Source: Acidobacteriota bacterium (lineage in GTDB: Bacteria; Acidobacteriota; UBA890; WLXD01). Taken from it: DNA of 64,000 nucleotides. Below the pieces are notes generated by a model, which searched no databases, was not told where the DNA came from, and was given only the letters and a program-made list of their open reading frames with translations. Both the position numbers and the translations under genes were made by a program. Of the stretch, positions 28,226-38,716 are shown piece after piece. The first letter of the stretch is position 1; the number at the start of each line of letters is the position of its first letter. The stretch is from contig CAXWPL010000004.1 of assembly GCA_963666215.2 (NCBI GenBank), positions 64,001-128,000 on the forward strand, in the 5' to 3' direction.

Positions 28226-29317
28226 CTAGGCGTTGAGGAACACCCCGTCAGGATCGCGATCGGCAGAGCGGCTTCCGGGGGCTCGCGAATAGAGCACGCG
28301 GGCCGCCGCAACGTCACGCGACGACAGGTCGCCGGCGCCGGCGGGGTTGAGAATCGAGGGGGAGCCGTCGTCGACGACGTAGCCGCCAAGCGAGTGCGCC
28401 AGCATGCGATTGAACAGCGCCAGCGTCGAGTCGACGCCGCAGTAGACGCAAGCTCGGTTGATGTCGAAGCGGTTGCTGATGCTGCTCGCGTGACTCGATC
28501 CGAGCAGGCTGTCCTCGCGTTGCAGAATCGCGATGGTCCCCGTCGCGCCGCCCGACAACGAGTCGGGCGGCGTGCCCGTGCGGACGTCAATCGCCGGCGC
28601 GAATCCGAGTGCTCCTCCGGTCAGAGGGCCGAATAGCGCGAGAATCGAGCTCTCCATGGCGGCGATGCGGGCGTCGGAGGCAACACGCTTCGGTACGTCG
28701 ACCAGGCGGCGGTAAATCCGCACGACCGGAAGCGAGCGCCAGCGGTTGGTCGCGCCCGGGGTCCGCGGCCGTACACCTTCCTTGCGCGGCCCGGTGCCAC
28801 GCGCGTACTGATCGAGATGCGAGAGCGTTACCGCGCCGTTGCGCTCGAGCAAGCTCACGTTCACGTCGGCGTTGCTCTGCAGTCTCAGCACCGACTCACG
28901 AACGTGATAGCCCGGTCCCCGTACCGAGATTCCGAAGTCGCCGAGCTCGGGAACACGAAACTCGAAGCGACCCGACTCGTCGGTTTCGACCGTCTCCCAG
29001 CCGACCAGGCGCACGGCCATCCCGGCGAGCGCGGCCCCCGACAGCAGATCGGTGACGAGACCCGTGAGCACTGCGCCCGCCTGAGGGGACGTCGGCTCGG
29101 TGGACGTCAACACGATGTCTTCGTCGGGCCGGTTGCGGCAGCCGGCGAGACCGACGCCGAGGGCGCCCATGCCGAGCATGCTGGCGCGGCGTAGCAGCTC
29201 GCGGCGATCGAGATTCTTCAGACGATCGCGCGCGGCGTTCACGCCATCGACCACCTCGTGACTGTCGGAATTGTCAGCTTCGTGCACGTTTGATTTTCCC
29301 CCGAGCGTCGAGCGCAT
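28226..29317 (-). CDS. Tat lipoprotein with carboxypeptidase-regulatory-like domain and degenerate matrixin-like domain
   Basis: RRELLR twin-arginine and LAGC lipobox; LTGLVTD..TDESGRF; C-terminal NRMLAHSLG..SILNP..DV...LY. Confidence 0.6.
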   Translation of the reverse strand: MRSTLGGKSNVHEADNSDSHEVVDGVNAARDRLKNLDRRELLRRASMLGMGALGVGLAGCRNRPDEDIVLTSTEPTSPQAGAVLTGLVTDLLSGAALAGMAVRLVGWETVETDESGRFEFRVPELGDFGISVRGPGYHVRESVLRLQSNADVNVSLLERNGAVTLSHLDQYARGTGPRKEGVRPRTPGATNRWRSLPVVRIYRRLVDVPKRVASDARIAAMESSILALFGPLTGGALGFAPAIDVRTGTPPDSLSGGATGTIAILQREDSLLGSSHASSISNRFDINRACVYCGVDSTLALFNRMLAHSLGGYVVDDGSPSILNPAGAGDLSSRDVAAARVLYSRAPGSRSADRDPDGVFLNA

Positions 29318-29320
29318 CTT

Positions 29321-29695
29321 CTATGGATTGTCCATCGCCGTGCGGATACGGCGAGCCTGCTTGGGGAGACGTACATCGGAATTGCGAAAACGGCCGAACC
29401 CGGTGTTATAGAGCGGCTTGAGCACGTCGATCTCGGCCTCGGCGGCAGCCTGGGCTGCGTCGGCCGTCATCACTTCGTACTCCACGAACCTGACACCGGT
29501 CATCGACTGCCCTGTCAGCAAGGTGGTCAGCGCCTCGCGAAGCCCTTCGTCGCCCGCGTGACCCACGTACATGATCCGCTGCCCAGAACTACGCAGGCGG
29601 TAGATGGCAGGTTCCTCGGGCATTCGATCAAAATCGAGCGCGCCCTCCTCGATGCCCACGATTCCGGAGGCAAGGGGGGACGTATGCTGCGGCAT
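29321..29695 (-). CDS. Small GIY-YIG-like domain protein
   Basis: MPEEPAIY..IMYVG..LR..E..KPLYN resembles the UvrC N-terminal domain. Confidence 0.6.
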   Translation of the reverse strand: MPQHTSPLASGIVGIEEGALDFDRMPEEPAIYRLRSSGQRIMYVGHAGDEGLREALTTLLTGQSMTGVRFVEYEVMTADAAQAAAEAEIDVLKPLYNTGFGRFRNSDVRLPKQARRIRTAMDNP

Positions 29696-30095
29696 GCTCA
29701 CGAAGAAACTCCGGTCGGCGTCGGAATCGCGAAGAAGATCAGGGTCTCGAGATCTTGCGACTTTGCGGATTCGATGTGCGAATTCTAGAGGAAGGGCGCG
29801 AGGAATGGGCGCGCTGCAGCTCCCGTTTTTACCCCAGCGCCAGGAAAGGAGCAAGGATCGTGACGTTCGCGCACCTTCCGACCCCTCCGACGCGCGGCAC
29901 GGAGGCCACCCTGCCTCCGATTCGAGGTCATGAAAAGCGTCTTGAGCGCGACATAAGGCAGGTGAGACCATCTTCAGCGCGTATACTTTCAGGTTCGCGC
30001 CCGGTCGCAGCCTGGGCAATGCCCGATTTCACGTGAGTCGACGTGGCTGGGTAAACCCTCTGCGTGCCGTTTCGAGCCACAACAGCGGCCAATCC

Positions 30096-31160
30096 ATGCT
30101 TTCCACACCCGCCACCACGAGCCCGCAGCTGCGCCGACCCGGCGCCCTTGCGGTAGCCCTTGCGCTCGTTCTGGTGAGCGTTGTCAGCGCCGCTGCCGCC
30201 ACCTCGTTGACCTCGCTCACCGCCGACAACGAGGCCCGCAGCGTCATCGAGAACGGCGACTTCGAGTCGGGCGCCGTCAGCCTGAGCCTGTCGCCCGTAC
30301 AACCGTTCCCACTCGTCGTCGGCGGCTGGGGCGTACGCGGCGAGCGCGTGACTCAAATAGCGGTCGGCCGGCGCCAACCGTTCAGTGGCCAGCACGCCCT
30401 GCGCATCGTCACGAGCGCGAGGCGTCCGGCCCACCTCCTGCAGGACGCACCCGTCGGCACCCGCTCCTTCGCGCTGCAGGTGGCGTTCCTGCGCATCAAG
30501 GGTCGCCAAACCCTGCGCCTGGTGCCCACGTGGGACCGCAACGACCCCGACCTGACCGATCTCGCCGCCGGGCCCGCCACCGGCATCGCCATCGAGCTCA
30601 CTCCCAACGGCCTGCGTGTCAACATCGACGGCGAGACCTGGCGCGTTGACCGCCCGCTCGAAGCCGGTCGTTGGTCCCGCCTCTCGCTCGTCTCGGACGT
30701 CCGCACGGGTCAGCTCCTACTCAGCATCGACGACGATCTCGTTGCCTCGCTGCCCGCCGTTCCCGCGCTCGCACCGCAAACCCTCATCCTCGGCGGCACC
30801 AACAACACCCGCGGCCTACCCGGCACCAGCCGCTACCGCTACGACGCCATCGAGCTCCTCCGACTGCACGACGTCGAGCTCGCCGAGCTGCTGCAAGGAG
30901 CTCAACGCTCGCTGCCGCAGGATCTTTCCGGATCGGTGATGCACCGCCTCGAGTCCGCCGTCCTGGCGCTCGCCAACGGCTCCCCCAGGCTCGCGACCCC
31001 GGAGCTACGCGCCGCCAGCCGCATCATCGAACGCGCCGAGCGCCAGACGATCGCTGCCGGCGCTGCGAACAACCGAGCCTCGCTCGGCCAGCAGCTCGAA
31101 GACCTCGCCACGCTGCGCGTCGCCGCCGGCGACCTGATCGCGCTGCTGAACGCGTCGTAG
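30096..31160 (+). CDS. Hypothetical exported protein (carbohydrate-binding/LamG-like)
   Basis: Signal peptide, IENGDFESG, beta-rich core. Confidence 0.55.
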   Translation: MLSTPATTSPQLRRPGALAVALALVLVSVVSAAAATSLTSLTADNEARSVIENGDFESGAVSLSLSPVQPFPLVVGGWGVRGERVTQIAVGRRQPFSGQHALRIVTSARRPAHLLQDAPVGTRSFALQVAFLRIKGRQTLRLVPTWDRNDPDLTDLAAGPATGIAIELTPNGLRVNIDGETWRVDRPLEAGRWSRLSLVSDVRTGQLLLSIDDDLVASLPAVPALAPQTLILGGTNNTRGLPGTSRYRYDAIELLRLHDVELAELLQGAQRSLPQDLSGSVMHRLESAVLALANGSPRLATPELRAASRIIERAERQTIAAGAANNRASLGQQLEDLATLRVAAGDLIALLNAS

Positions 31161-31240
31161 GCCTCCTCGAAGACCTCGACCTCGCCACGCTGTGCGTCGC
31201 CGCCGGCGATCTGATCGCGCGACTGACCACGTCGTGGGCC
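31095..31240 (+). repeat. Imperfect tandem duplication of a gene 3' end
   Basis: 31095-31163 is repeated with changes at 31166-31240 (LEDLATLRVAAGDLIA vs LEDLDLATLCVAAGDLIA). Confidence 0.8.
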
Positions 31241-31468
31241 GGGCCGACTCGCTCGGTGCCGTCGTGCGGGACTCACGTCTGAGCCCAGTCTCGTCCTCCG
31301 CGATCGCTTCCTCCTCGTTCTGCGTCTTGTCTGCTTAATCCCGAAAAAAGGCATGTTTCCCGCCACGGCGAGCACGTCTCGCGTGTGGGCGCTGGCTGTT
31401 ATCATCGCCTTCGGCAGACAGTCGCGGGACAGTCGTGAACTTCGCTCGGCGCGCTCGAAACGATCTAG

Positions 31469-32248
31469 ATGGCCACGTCCTCAGCACCGATCCGGATTCA
31501 GCTCCCCGGCTCCTACCGGACGCTGCGAACCGACAAGTGGTGGATCCTCCCCGCATGGACGGTGTTCGCGCTCACCAGCTTCATCGTCTACTCGACCTGG
31601 GCCGCGCTGCAGAACGCCTACTACTACTCGGCGCCGTACCTGTCGCCGATGTACTCGCCCTGCCTGGCGGCGAACTGCGACCGCGTGACCTTCCCGCTGG
31701 TCGGCGACTGGTTCACCTTGTCGCCCGCCTTCCTGATTCTCTGGGCGCCGGGCGTGTTCAGGGTCACCTGCTACTACCACCGCGAGGCCTACTACCGCTC
31801 GTTCTGGGGCTCGCCGCCCGGCTGCGCGGTGCAGGACGTTCATGACTCCTACAGCGGTGAGACCGGCTTCCCGCTGATCCTGCAGAACTTGCACCGGTAC
31901 GCCTGGTACCTGGCGGTGGTCTTCATTTTCTTTTTGAGCTACGACGCGCTGATTGCCTTCCGCTTCCCCGACGGCTTCGGCATCGGCGTCGGCACCCTGG
32001 TGATCTGCCTGAACGTCATGCTGCTGGCCGGCTACACCTTCTCGTGCCACTCGTGCCGCCACGTCTGCGGCGGTCACGTGAACCAATTCTCGAAGGCCCC
32101 GGTGCGCTACGAGATCTGGAGGTTCGTCACCAGGATCAACATGCGCCACCCAACGTACGCCTGGTGCAGCCTGTTGTCGGTTGTCCTGACCGATCTGTAC
32201 ATACGGTTCGTGGCAATGGGCGTCATCACAGACATTCGGATCATTTAG
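31469..32248 (+). CDS. Sdh1-type (Rv0249c-like) succinate dehydrogenase membrane subunit
   Basis: RTLRTDKWW, YLSPMYSPC, FRVTCYYHR.AYYRSFW.SPP.CAV, YTFSCHSCRH. Confidence 0.85.
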   Translation: MATSSAPIRIQLPGSYRTLRTDKWWILPAWTVFALTSFIVYSTWAALQNAYYYSAPYLSPMYSPCLAANCDRVTFPLVGDWFTLSPAFLILWAPGVFRVTCYYHREAYYRSFWGSPPGCAVQDVHDSYSGETGFPLILQNLHRYAWYLAVVFIFFLSYDALIAFRFPDGFGIGVGTLVICLNVMLLAGYTFSCHSCRHVCGGHVNQFSKAPVRYEIWRFVTRINMRHPTYAWCSLLSVVLTDLYIRFVAMGVITDIRII

Positions 32249-33750
32249 CTGAATCTCGAATCAGCGTTAACCGGTATCGAGCGCCACGACTACGACGTGA
32301 TTGTCGTCGGCGCCGGTGGAGCTGGACTGCGGGCCGCCATCGAGGCCTCGGCGCGGGGGGCCAGGACCGCGGTGATCTGCAAGTCGCTGCTCGGCAAGGC
32401 CCCAACGGTGATGGCCGAGAGCGGGCTGGCGGCGGCTCTGGGAACCGTTGACAGCGACGACGACTGGAAGCTGCACTTTCGCGACACGATGGAGGCGGGA
32501 AAGGGAGTCAACGACCCGAAAATGGTCGCATTGCTCGCCCAGGAAACCCCCGATCGGCTGCGCGAGCTGGAGGGCTGGGGAGCGCTTTTCGACCGCAGCG
32601 CCGACGGCGCGATTGCTCAGGTCGCGGCCGACGGTCACTGCCGCGCTCGACTGGTGCGCGCTGACGACCGCACCGGCCTGGTGCTGCTACGCGCGCTGCA
32701 ACAGCGTGCCGTGCACGAGGCGATCGACGTCCACATGGAGTGCACGGTCACGCGTCTGTTGAAGGACCCTGGCTCGGGCAGCCTGGCGGGCGCGGTCGGA
32801 TACCGGCGGGCATCGGGCGACCTCGTCGTCTTCGGTGCCAGAGCGACGGTGCTGGCGACCGGCGGCATCGGCCGCGTTTACGACCGCAGATCGCCCGCCG
32901 ACAGCACCGGCGACGGCCTAGCGCTCGCCTACCTGGCCGGCGCCGAGCTCATCGACATGGGGTTCGTGCAGTTTGGCCCGTCTGGGCAGCCTGCTCGGTC
33001 TCGCCGGTCGGGATCCTTGCATAGAACTCTGACGGGAGGCATTCGAGTCGACGCCGACACCGCGCAATCGCCGATCCCGGCCTGTTCGCCGCGGGCGAGG
33101 TGGCGGCAGGGCTGCACGGCGCCGCACCGCTGGAGGGTAACTCGCTGTCCGATCTGCTGGTGTTCGGCCGTCGCGCCGGACTCGGAGCTGCGGTGTACGC
33201 TGCCAAGCTCGACGCGGCGCCGAGTGTCGACGACACCCAGGTCGCGGCCGCCGCCGAGGAGATGCTCGCGCCCTTCGATGCCTCTTCCGAGTGTCCTCGC
33301 GAAGAGCGGGAGCGTCCGTACGAGATCGAGGACGAGCTGCAGTCGACGATGCAGCGCGGCGTCGGCGCCAGCAACGGCGGCGACGATCTGGCCGAGTCGT
33401 TAGAGAAGATCCAAGCTCTTCAACGCCGAGCTGTTCTCGAGAAATTCCACCTCGACGGCGATCGCCGGTACAACCCCGGTTGGCACCTCGCGATGGAGCT
33501 GCGCAACCTATTGATCGTCGCGGAGGCCATCGTGCGCTCCGCGCATCAGCGTACAGAGAGCCGCGGCGTGCACTCGCGGGTCGACTATCCGGAGGAGGAC
33601 CCACAGCTCGGCGGCGTCAACAGCGTCGTTCGGTACATCAACGGCGCTATGTCGGTCACCCAGGAGCCCGCGCACGCTCGGCTGCACGAACGCGCCGATC
33701 TCGCCGAGCTGCTCGATGAATCGGACGCGGCGGAGTACGCCGATGCCTGA
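32249..33750 (+). pseudogene. sdhA: Degenerate SdhA-type flavoprotein (frameshift near 33080, capping domain deleted, catalytic residues substituted)
   Basis: [15 protein letters not shown]; GKAPTVMAESG; frame switch at IP/GLFAAGEV; ESRGVHSR tail; no clear ATG start. Confidence 0.75.
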
Positions 33751-34534
33751 TTTGACGTTGAGCGTTTTTCGGGGAACCGACAAGGGCGGTGAGTTCGTCG
33801 AGTTCACGGTCGAGCACGGTATCAACGGTGTCAAGCACCAAGACGACACGGTCGTCCTCGACCTGCTGCACCTGCTGCAGGCCACCCAGGCTGGCGACCT
33901 GGCCGTACGCTGGAACTGCAAATCCGGCAGATGTGGCTCTTGCTCGGTCGAGATCAACGGTCACCCGCGGCTCGCCTGCGCGACTCGTGTCGCCGACCTG
34001 CCGCCCGGCCCGATCACGATCGCGCCGATGAAGGCGTTCCCCGTCGTCAAGGACCTCGTCTGCGACGTCGCCTACAACTACGAGGTCTCCAAAAAGACCC
34101 CTGCGGTGCAGCTGCGTGAGCCTGACAACGACGACGACTGGCGGACGATTCATCAAATCGACATCGAGCGCTCACGCGAGCTCGGCCGCTGCATCGAGTG
34201 CTTCCTGTGCCAGGACGTCTGCCACGTCATCCGCGATCATGGCCCCGAACCGGCGAGCTACGCCGGCCCGCGCTACTTCGCCCGCCTCGCCGAGATCGCC
34301 TGGCATCCCCTTTTGAACAATTCCAGGGAACCGGCAACCCCCGCTGTTTCAAAGAATCCCGGCGGCCTCGGGCTGTGCAATGTCACTCGATGCTGCACCG
34401 ACGTTTGCCCGGAGGGCATCCGGATTACCGACGACGCCATCATTCCGTTGAAGGAACGCGTGGTCTCGGAGCACTACGACCCTGTTCTGTGGGTCCTCCG
34501 CCAGCTGCGTAGGCCTCGGGCTCGAGACGGGTAA
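33743..34534 (+). CDS. sdhB: Succinate dehydrogenase/fumarate reductase Fe-S subunit (Sdh1 type)
   Basis: RWNCKSGRCGSC..C, CIECFLCQDVC, CNVTRCCTDVCP. Confidence 0.88.
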   Translation: MPDLTLSVFRGTDKGGEFVEFTVEHGINGVKHQDDTVVLDLLHLLQATQAGDLAVRWNCKSGRCGSCSVEINGHPRLACATRVADLPPGPITIAPMKAFPVVKDLVCDVAYNYEVSKKTPAVQLREPDNDDDWRTIHQIDIERSRELGRCIECFLCQDVCHVIRDHGPEPASYAGPRYFARLAEIAWHPLLNNSREPATPAVSKNPGGLGLCNVTRCCTDVCPEGIRITDDAIIPLKERVVSEHYDPVLWVLRQLRRPRARDG

Positions 34535-34802
34535 AGGCGTCGACGTCACGGGGCGCTCGCCAGAGCTGCGGCGACGCGGCCCGGCCCTCGCGCCGAGTCG
34601 TGCCGGCGACCGCGCGGCCGGGCCAGATTGCAGGTTGCGCCGCGGTTTCCTGCCCGGCGAGCGAGCTCGCTACGTGGTAACGTCGCCGGCCGTGGCACGG
34701 CCCGTCGGATTCGAGAATCTGGACCGGGCGACAAGCTTCGAACGGGCCTTCAGACGGACCTTCAGACAGACCTCGAGACGGCGACCCAGATAGCGACGAA
34801 AC

Positions 34803-36641
34803 GTGAGCCTGAAGCACGACATTGTGATCGTCGGCGGCGGCGGCGCTGGCCTGCGAGCCGCCATTGCCATTGCCGAGACCAACCCCTCGCTGAGCATCGC
34901 GCTGGTCAGCAAGGTCTACCCGATGCGCAGCCACACCGTGGCCGCCGAGGGGGGCGCCGCCGCGGTCATCCGCGACGACGACAGCTTCGATAACCACTTC
35001 CGCGACACCGTCGGCGGCAGCGACTGGCTCGCCGATCAGGACGCCGTCGAGCTGTTCGTCAATGCGGCGCCGCGAGAGATGACGCAGCTCGAGCACTGGG
35101 GCTGCCCGTGGAGCCGCAACCCCGACGGCACCGTGGCGACGCGACCGTTCGGCGGCATGAAGATCGAGCGCACCTGGTTTGCGGCCGACAAGACCGGCTT
35201 TCACATGCTGCATGCGCTCTACCAGACGTCGCTGCAGTACAAGCCCGTCACGGCGTACAACGAGTGGTTCGCGACTCGGCTGCTGGTCGAGAACGGTCGC
35301 TGCCAGGGTGTGACCGCGCTGGAGCTGCGCACCGGCAAGGTCGAGACCGTGCTCGCGGGCGCGGTGATCATGTGCACCGGCGGCGCCGGCAAGCTGTTCC
35401 CGTTCACTACCAACGGCTCGATCAAGACCGGCGACGGCATGGCGATGTCGTACCGCGCGGGCGTCGCCCTCAAGGACATGGAGTTCATCCAGTACCACCC
35501 GACCGGGCTGCCCGGCACTGGCATCCTTATTACGGAAGCCGCGCGCGGCGAAGGTGGCGTTCTGGTCAACAACAAGGGCTACCGCTACCTGCAGGACTAC
35601 GAGCTCGGTACGCCGCTCGAGGTCAGCGACCCGAACCACCCGGTCAAGAAAGCGATGGAGCTCGGGCCGCGCGATCGACTCAGCCAGGCGTTCATCAAAG
35701 AGAGAGATCGCGGCGGCACCATACCGGGCCCGCACGGCCATGTCGTCCACCTCGACGTCCGCCACCTCGGCGAGAAGAAGATCGACAAGAAGATCCCCTT
35801 CGTGCGCGAGCTCGCCAAGAACTACGCCGGTATCGATCCGGTGCACGCGCCCATACCCGTCCGCCCCGTCGTGCACTATTGCATGGGCGGAATCGACACT
35901 CTCAACGACGGCTCGACCTCGCTCCCCGGCCTCTACGCCGCCGGCGAGGTGGCATGCGTGTCGATCAACGGCGCCAACCGGCTGGGCTCGAACTCGCTCA
36001 CCGAGCTGTTGGTCTTCGGTGCCCTGGCCGGCGAGGCCGCGGCCGAGTTCGCGACGGCTCACGGAGAGCTCGACGTGTCGGCGCTCGAGAGGCAGGGGGC
36101 CGACGAGCAGGCGCGCATCGCCCGCGACTTCATCAACAAGCACGGCGGCACCGAGCGTATTGCCGCGCTCCGCCGCGAGATGAACGAGACCATGGAGAAC
36201 GGCGCCGGGATCTACCGCACCCACGCCAAGCTCCAGGCCACGCGCGACAAGCTCGGCGAGCTGCGCGAGCGCTTCGCGAATATCGTGATCGAAGACCGCA
36301 GCTTGACGTTCAACACCGAGCTGACCTCGGCCCTCGAGCTCGACTTCATGCTCGATCTGGCGCTCGCCCTGGCGCATAGCGCGCTGGCCCGCACCGAGAG
36401 CCGCGGCTCGCACCAGCGCACCGACTATCCGGAGCGCGACGACGAGCGCTTCCTCAGCCACAGCCTGGCGTACCGCGGTCACGACGACACCGCCGTTCGC
36501 ATCGATTACAAAGACGTGGTGATCACGAAGTGGCCGCCCGAGAAGCGCGTCTACGGCCAGCAAAGTTCCGCAGAGAAAAGCCCAGAACAGACGCCCCCGG
36601 GTTCGCCAGCAGGCAATCCACCGGTCGACCCGCAGAGTTAG
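34803..36641 (+). CDS. frdA: Fumarate reductase flavoprotein subunit
   Basis: [42 protein letters not shown] all intact. Confidence 0.93.
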   Translation: MSLKHDIVIVGGGGAGLRAAIAIAETNPSLSIALVSKVYPMRSHTVAAEGGAAAVIRDDDSFDNHFRDTVGGSDWLADQDAVELFVNAAPREMTQLEHWGCPWSRNPDGTVATRPFGGMKIERTWFAADKTGFHMLHALYQTSLQYKPVTAYNEWFATRLLVENGRCQGVTALELRTGKVETVLAGAVIMCTGGAGKLFPFTTNGSIKTGDGMAMSYRAGVALKDMEFIQYHPTGLPGTGILITEAARGEGGVLVNNKGYRYLQDYELGTPLEVSDPNHPVKKAMELGPRDRLSQAFIKERDRGGTIPGPHGHVVHLDVRHLGEKKIDKKIPFVRELAKNYAGIDPVHAPIPVRPVVHYCMGGIDTLNDGSTSLPGLYAAGEVACVSINGANRLGSNSLTELLVFGALAGEAAAEFATAHGELDVSALERQGADEQARIARDFINKHGGTERIAALRREMNETMENGAGIYRTHAKLQATRDKLGELRERFANIVIEDRSLTFNTELTSALELDFMLDLALALAHSALARTESRGSHQRTDYPERDDERFLSHSLAYRGHDDTAVRIDYKDVVITKWPPEKRVYGQQSSAEKSPEQTPPGSPAGNPPVDPQS

Positions 36642-36651
36642 GACCCTCGCC

Positions 36652-37404
36652 GTGGCCCAAACCATGCAGCTCGAGATCTTCCGCTACCGGCCGGAGCAGG
36701 AGAACGAGCCCACATTCCAGACCTACGAGGTGCCGTTCGATGAGGAGTGGGTGGTGCTCGACGCCATCAACTACATCAAGGACGAGATCGACGGCACCTT
36801 GTCGTACCGCTGGTCGTGCCGCATGGGCGTGTGCGGCTCCTGCGGCATGATGGTCAACGGCGTCCCCAAGCTCAGCTGCTCCGCCTTCCTCAGGGACTAC
36901 TACCCCGGCACCATTCGTGTGGAGCCCCTCGACGGCTTCCCGGTGGAGCGCGATCTCGTCTTCGAGATGGAGGGCTTCGTCAACAAGCTCACCAGCGTCA
37001 GCCCCTGGATCGTGCGTAAAGAGGGCGAGAAGAAGCCCCTCGAGGAGGGGCCCTACAAGCAGAGCCCCGGCGAGCTGTCCGACTACAAGCACTACTCGAT
37101 GTGCATCAACTGCATGCTCTGCTACGCCGCCTGCCCGGTGTTCGCCCTCGATAACGACTTCCTCGGCCCCGCCGCCATCGCCCTCGGCCAGCGATACAAC
37201 ATGGACTCGCGCGACCAAGGACGCGACCAGCGCCAGGAGGTCATCGCCGCCCACAAGGGCATCTGGAAGTGCACCTTCGTCGGCGAGTGCAGCGCCGTCT
37301 GCCCCAAGGACGTCGACCCCGCCGGCGCCATCCAGCGCGCCAAGGTCTCGAGCACCGCCGACTACTTCCTGGAGCTGCTGATGCCGTGGAACAAGAGCCG
37401 GTGA
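36652..37404 (+). CDS. frdB: Fumarate reductase iron-sulfur subunit
   Basis: [33 protein letters not shown]. Confidence 0.93.
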   Translation: MAQTMQLEIFRYRPEQENEPTFQTYEVPFDEEWVVLDAINYIKDEIDGTLSYRWSCRMGVCGSCGMMVNGVPKLSCSAFLRDYYPGTIRVEPLDGFPVERDLVFEMEGFVNKLTSVSPWIVRKEGEKKPLEEGPYKQSPGELSDYKHYSMCINCMLCYAACPVFALDNDFLGPAAIALGQRYNMDSRDQGRDQRQEVIAAHKGIWKCTFVGECSAVCPKDVDPAGAIQRAKVSSTADYFLELLMPWNKSR

Positions 37405-37781
37405 GCTACCGCCGCCCCATCCCCGCCACCTGGTGGCTCAAACGCCGCCCCTACACCATGTTCATGGTCCGCGAGCTCAGCAGCCTCGCGGTCGGCGGCT
37501 ACTCGTTCTTCCTCTTATATCTGGCCTGGAAGCTCGGCCAGGGCCCCGAGCCCTACGCTGCCGCCATCGGCGTGCTCACCTCCCCCGTGAGCATCGTCCT
37601 GCATCTCGTCGGCCTGGCGTTGGCGCTCTACCACACGACTAGCTGGTTCAACGTGACCCCCAAGATCATCATCGTCCGCCTCGGCGACGAGCCTCTGCCC
37701 GAGCCTGTCATCGCCGGCGCCCATTACGCCGCCTGGATCGCCGCCTCCGCGGTGGTCGCCTGGATCATCCTCGGGATTTGA
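37401..37781 (+). CDS. frdC: Fumarate reductase subunit C
   Basis: [26 protein letters not shown]; GTG overlaps the frdB stop. Confidence 0.88.
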   Translation: MSYRRPIPATWWLKRRPYTMFMVRELSSLAVGGYSFFLLYLAWKLGQGPEPYAAAIGVLTSPVSIVLHLVGLALALYHTTSWFNVTPKIIIVRLGDEPLPEPVIAGAHYAAWIAASAVVAWIILGI

Positions 37782-37815
37782 CCCCCTAAAGCCCAATAGC
37801 TGAGTAGCGAGGCCA

Positions 37816-38169
37816 ATGGCGAAGTCCAACGAGCCCATCTTCTGGTCGCTGTTCTCGGCAGGCGGCATGATGGCAGCACTGTTCCTGCCGATCCTGATGG
37901 CGATCACCGGCATCCTCATCCCCTTCGGAATCGTGCCGTCAGATGTGCTGGGATACGACCGCGTCCACGCCGCGGTTTCGGGCAATCTGATCGTCAAGGC
38001 GATTCTCCTGGCCCTGATCTCCCTTCCGCTGTTCCACTGGGCCCACCGCTTCAAGTTCGTGCTCGCCGACATTGGGCTTCACAGCATCGAGCGTCTGCTC
38101 GGCGTGCTCTGCTACGGCAGCGCGATCGTCGGTACGGCTCTCGCCGGGTTCGTCCTCTGGGGCGTCTGA
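37816..38169 (+). CDS. frdD: Fumarate reductase subunit D
   Basis: SNEPIFWSLFSAGGMM, LPLFHWAHR, LCYG. Confidence 0.92.
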   Translation: MAKSNEPIFWSLFSAGGMMAALFLPILMAITGILIPFGIVPSDVLGYDRVHAAVSGNLIVKAILLALISLPLFHWAHRFKFVLADIGLHSIERLLGVLCYGSAIVGTALAGFVLWGV

Positions 38170-38340
38170 TCTCAAGGTCGCAATCATCCCGCTGAAGGAG
38201 CGGGTGGTGTGTCTGGACTCGAGAAGGAAAACGACGGCTTACGAGGTCGGTTACCCCCGATCCCCCTTGACCGACCTCATCAGCTGCAACTCAGAGATAT
38301 GCTGCGAACTGCGCGACAGCAGGTACGCATGGATCCCGGC

Positions 38341-38548
38341 GAGTCGTTACGAGGAAGCCCTCGAGTTGGTCGACGAGATCGTTGCCGACCGTGAGCTCGG
38401 CGTCGAGGCGCTCAGCAAGTCAGTCCGCTGCGGCCATCCGTCGTACGACCTCGTCTACGCGGTGCTGGCGCGAAGAACGGCGTCGGCTGTTCTCACCCGC
38501 GACCGCCGACTCGCAACCTTGCTCGAGGCGATGGCGATCCCCCTGGCC
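38341..38548 (+). pseudogene. PIN/VapC toxin C-terminal fragment
   Basis: HPSYDLVYAVLA...AVLTRDRRL PIN motif; the N-terminal D motif is missing. Confidence 0.6.
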
Positions 38549-38677
38549 GGTACTGTCAAGTTAAGTAGGATCCGAGGAGGACCGCGTGATCGAGGAGCCG
38601 CAAACCGCTGATTCTCGGCCGTTCTCAGTCAGTGCCGCCGTCCGAAAGGGCGAGAATCGAGTTAACTTGACAGTACC
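38549..38677. mobile_element. 129-bp MITE-like element
   Basis: Perfect 16-bp terminal inverted repeats GGTACTGTCAAGTTAA / TTAACTTGACAGTACC; internal GATTCTCG/CGAGAATC; no ORF. Confidence 0.7.
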
Positions 38678-38716
38678 TCACGTGCGCATCAGCGCCGCTA
38701 CGTTGGCAGTGCCCTG

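Noticed and set aside
33060-33100. Programmed ribosomal frameshift in sdhA
   Set aside because: No canonical slippery heptamer; looks like a single-base loss in CCGG(G)C
34440-36665. 741-aa minus-strand ORF
   Set aside because: Antisense shadow of frdA
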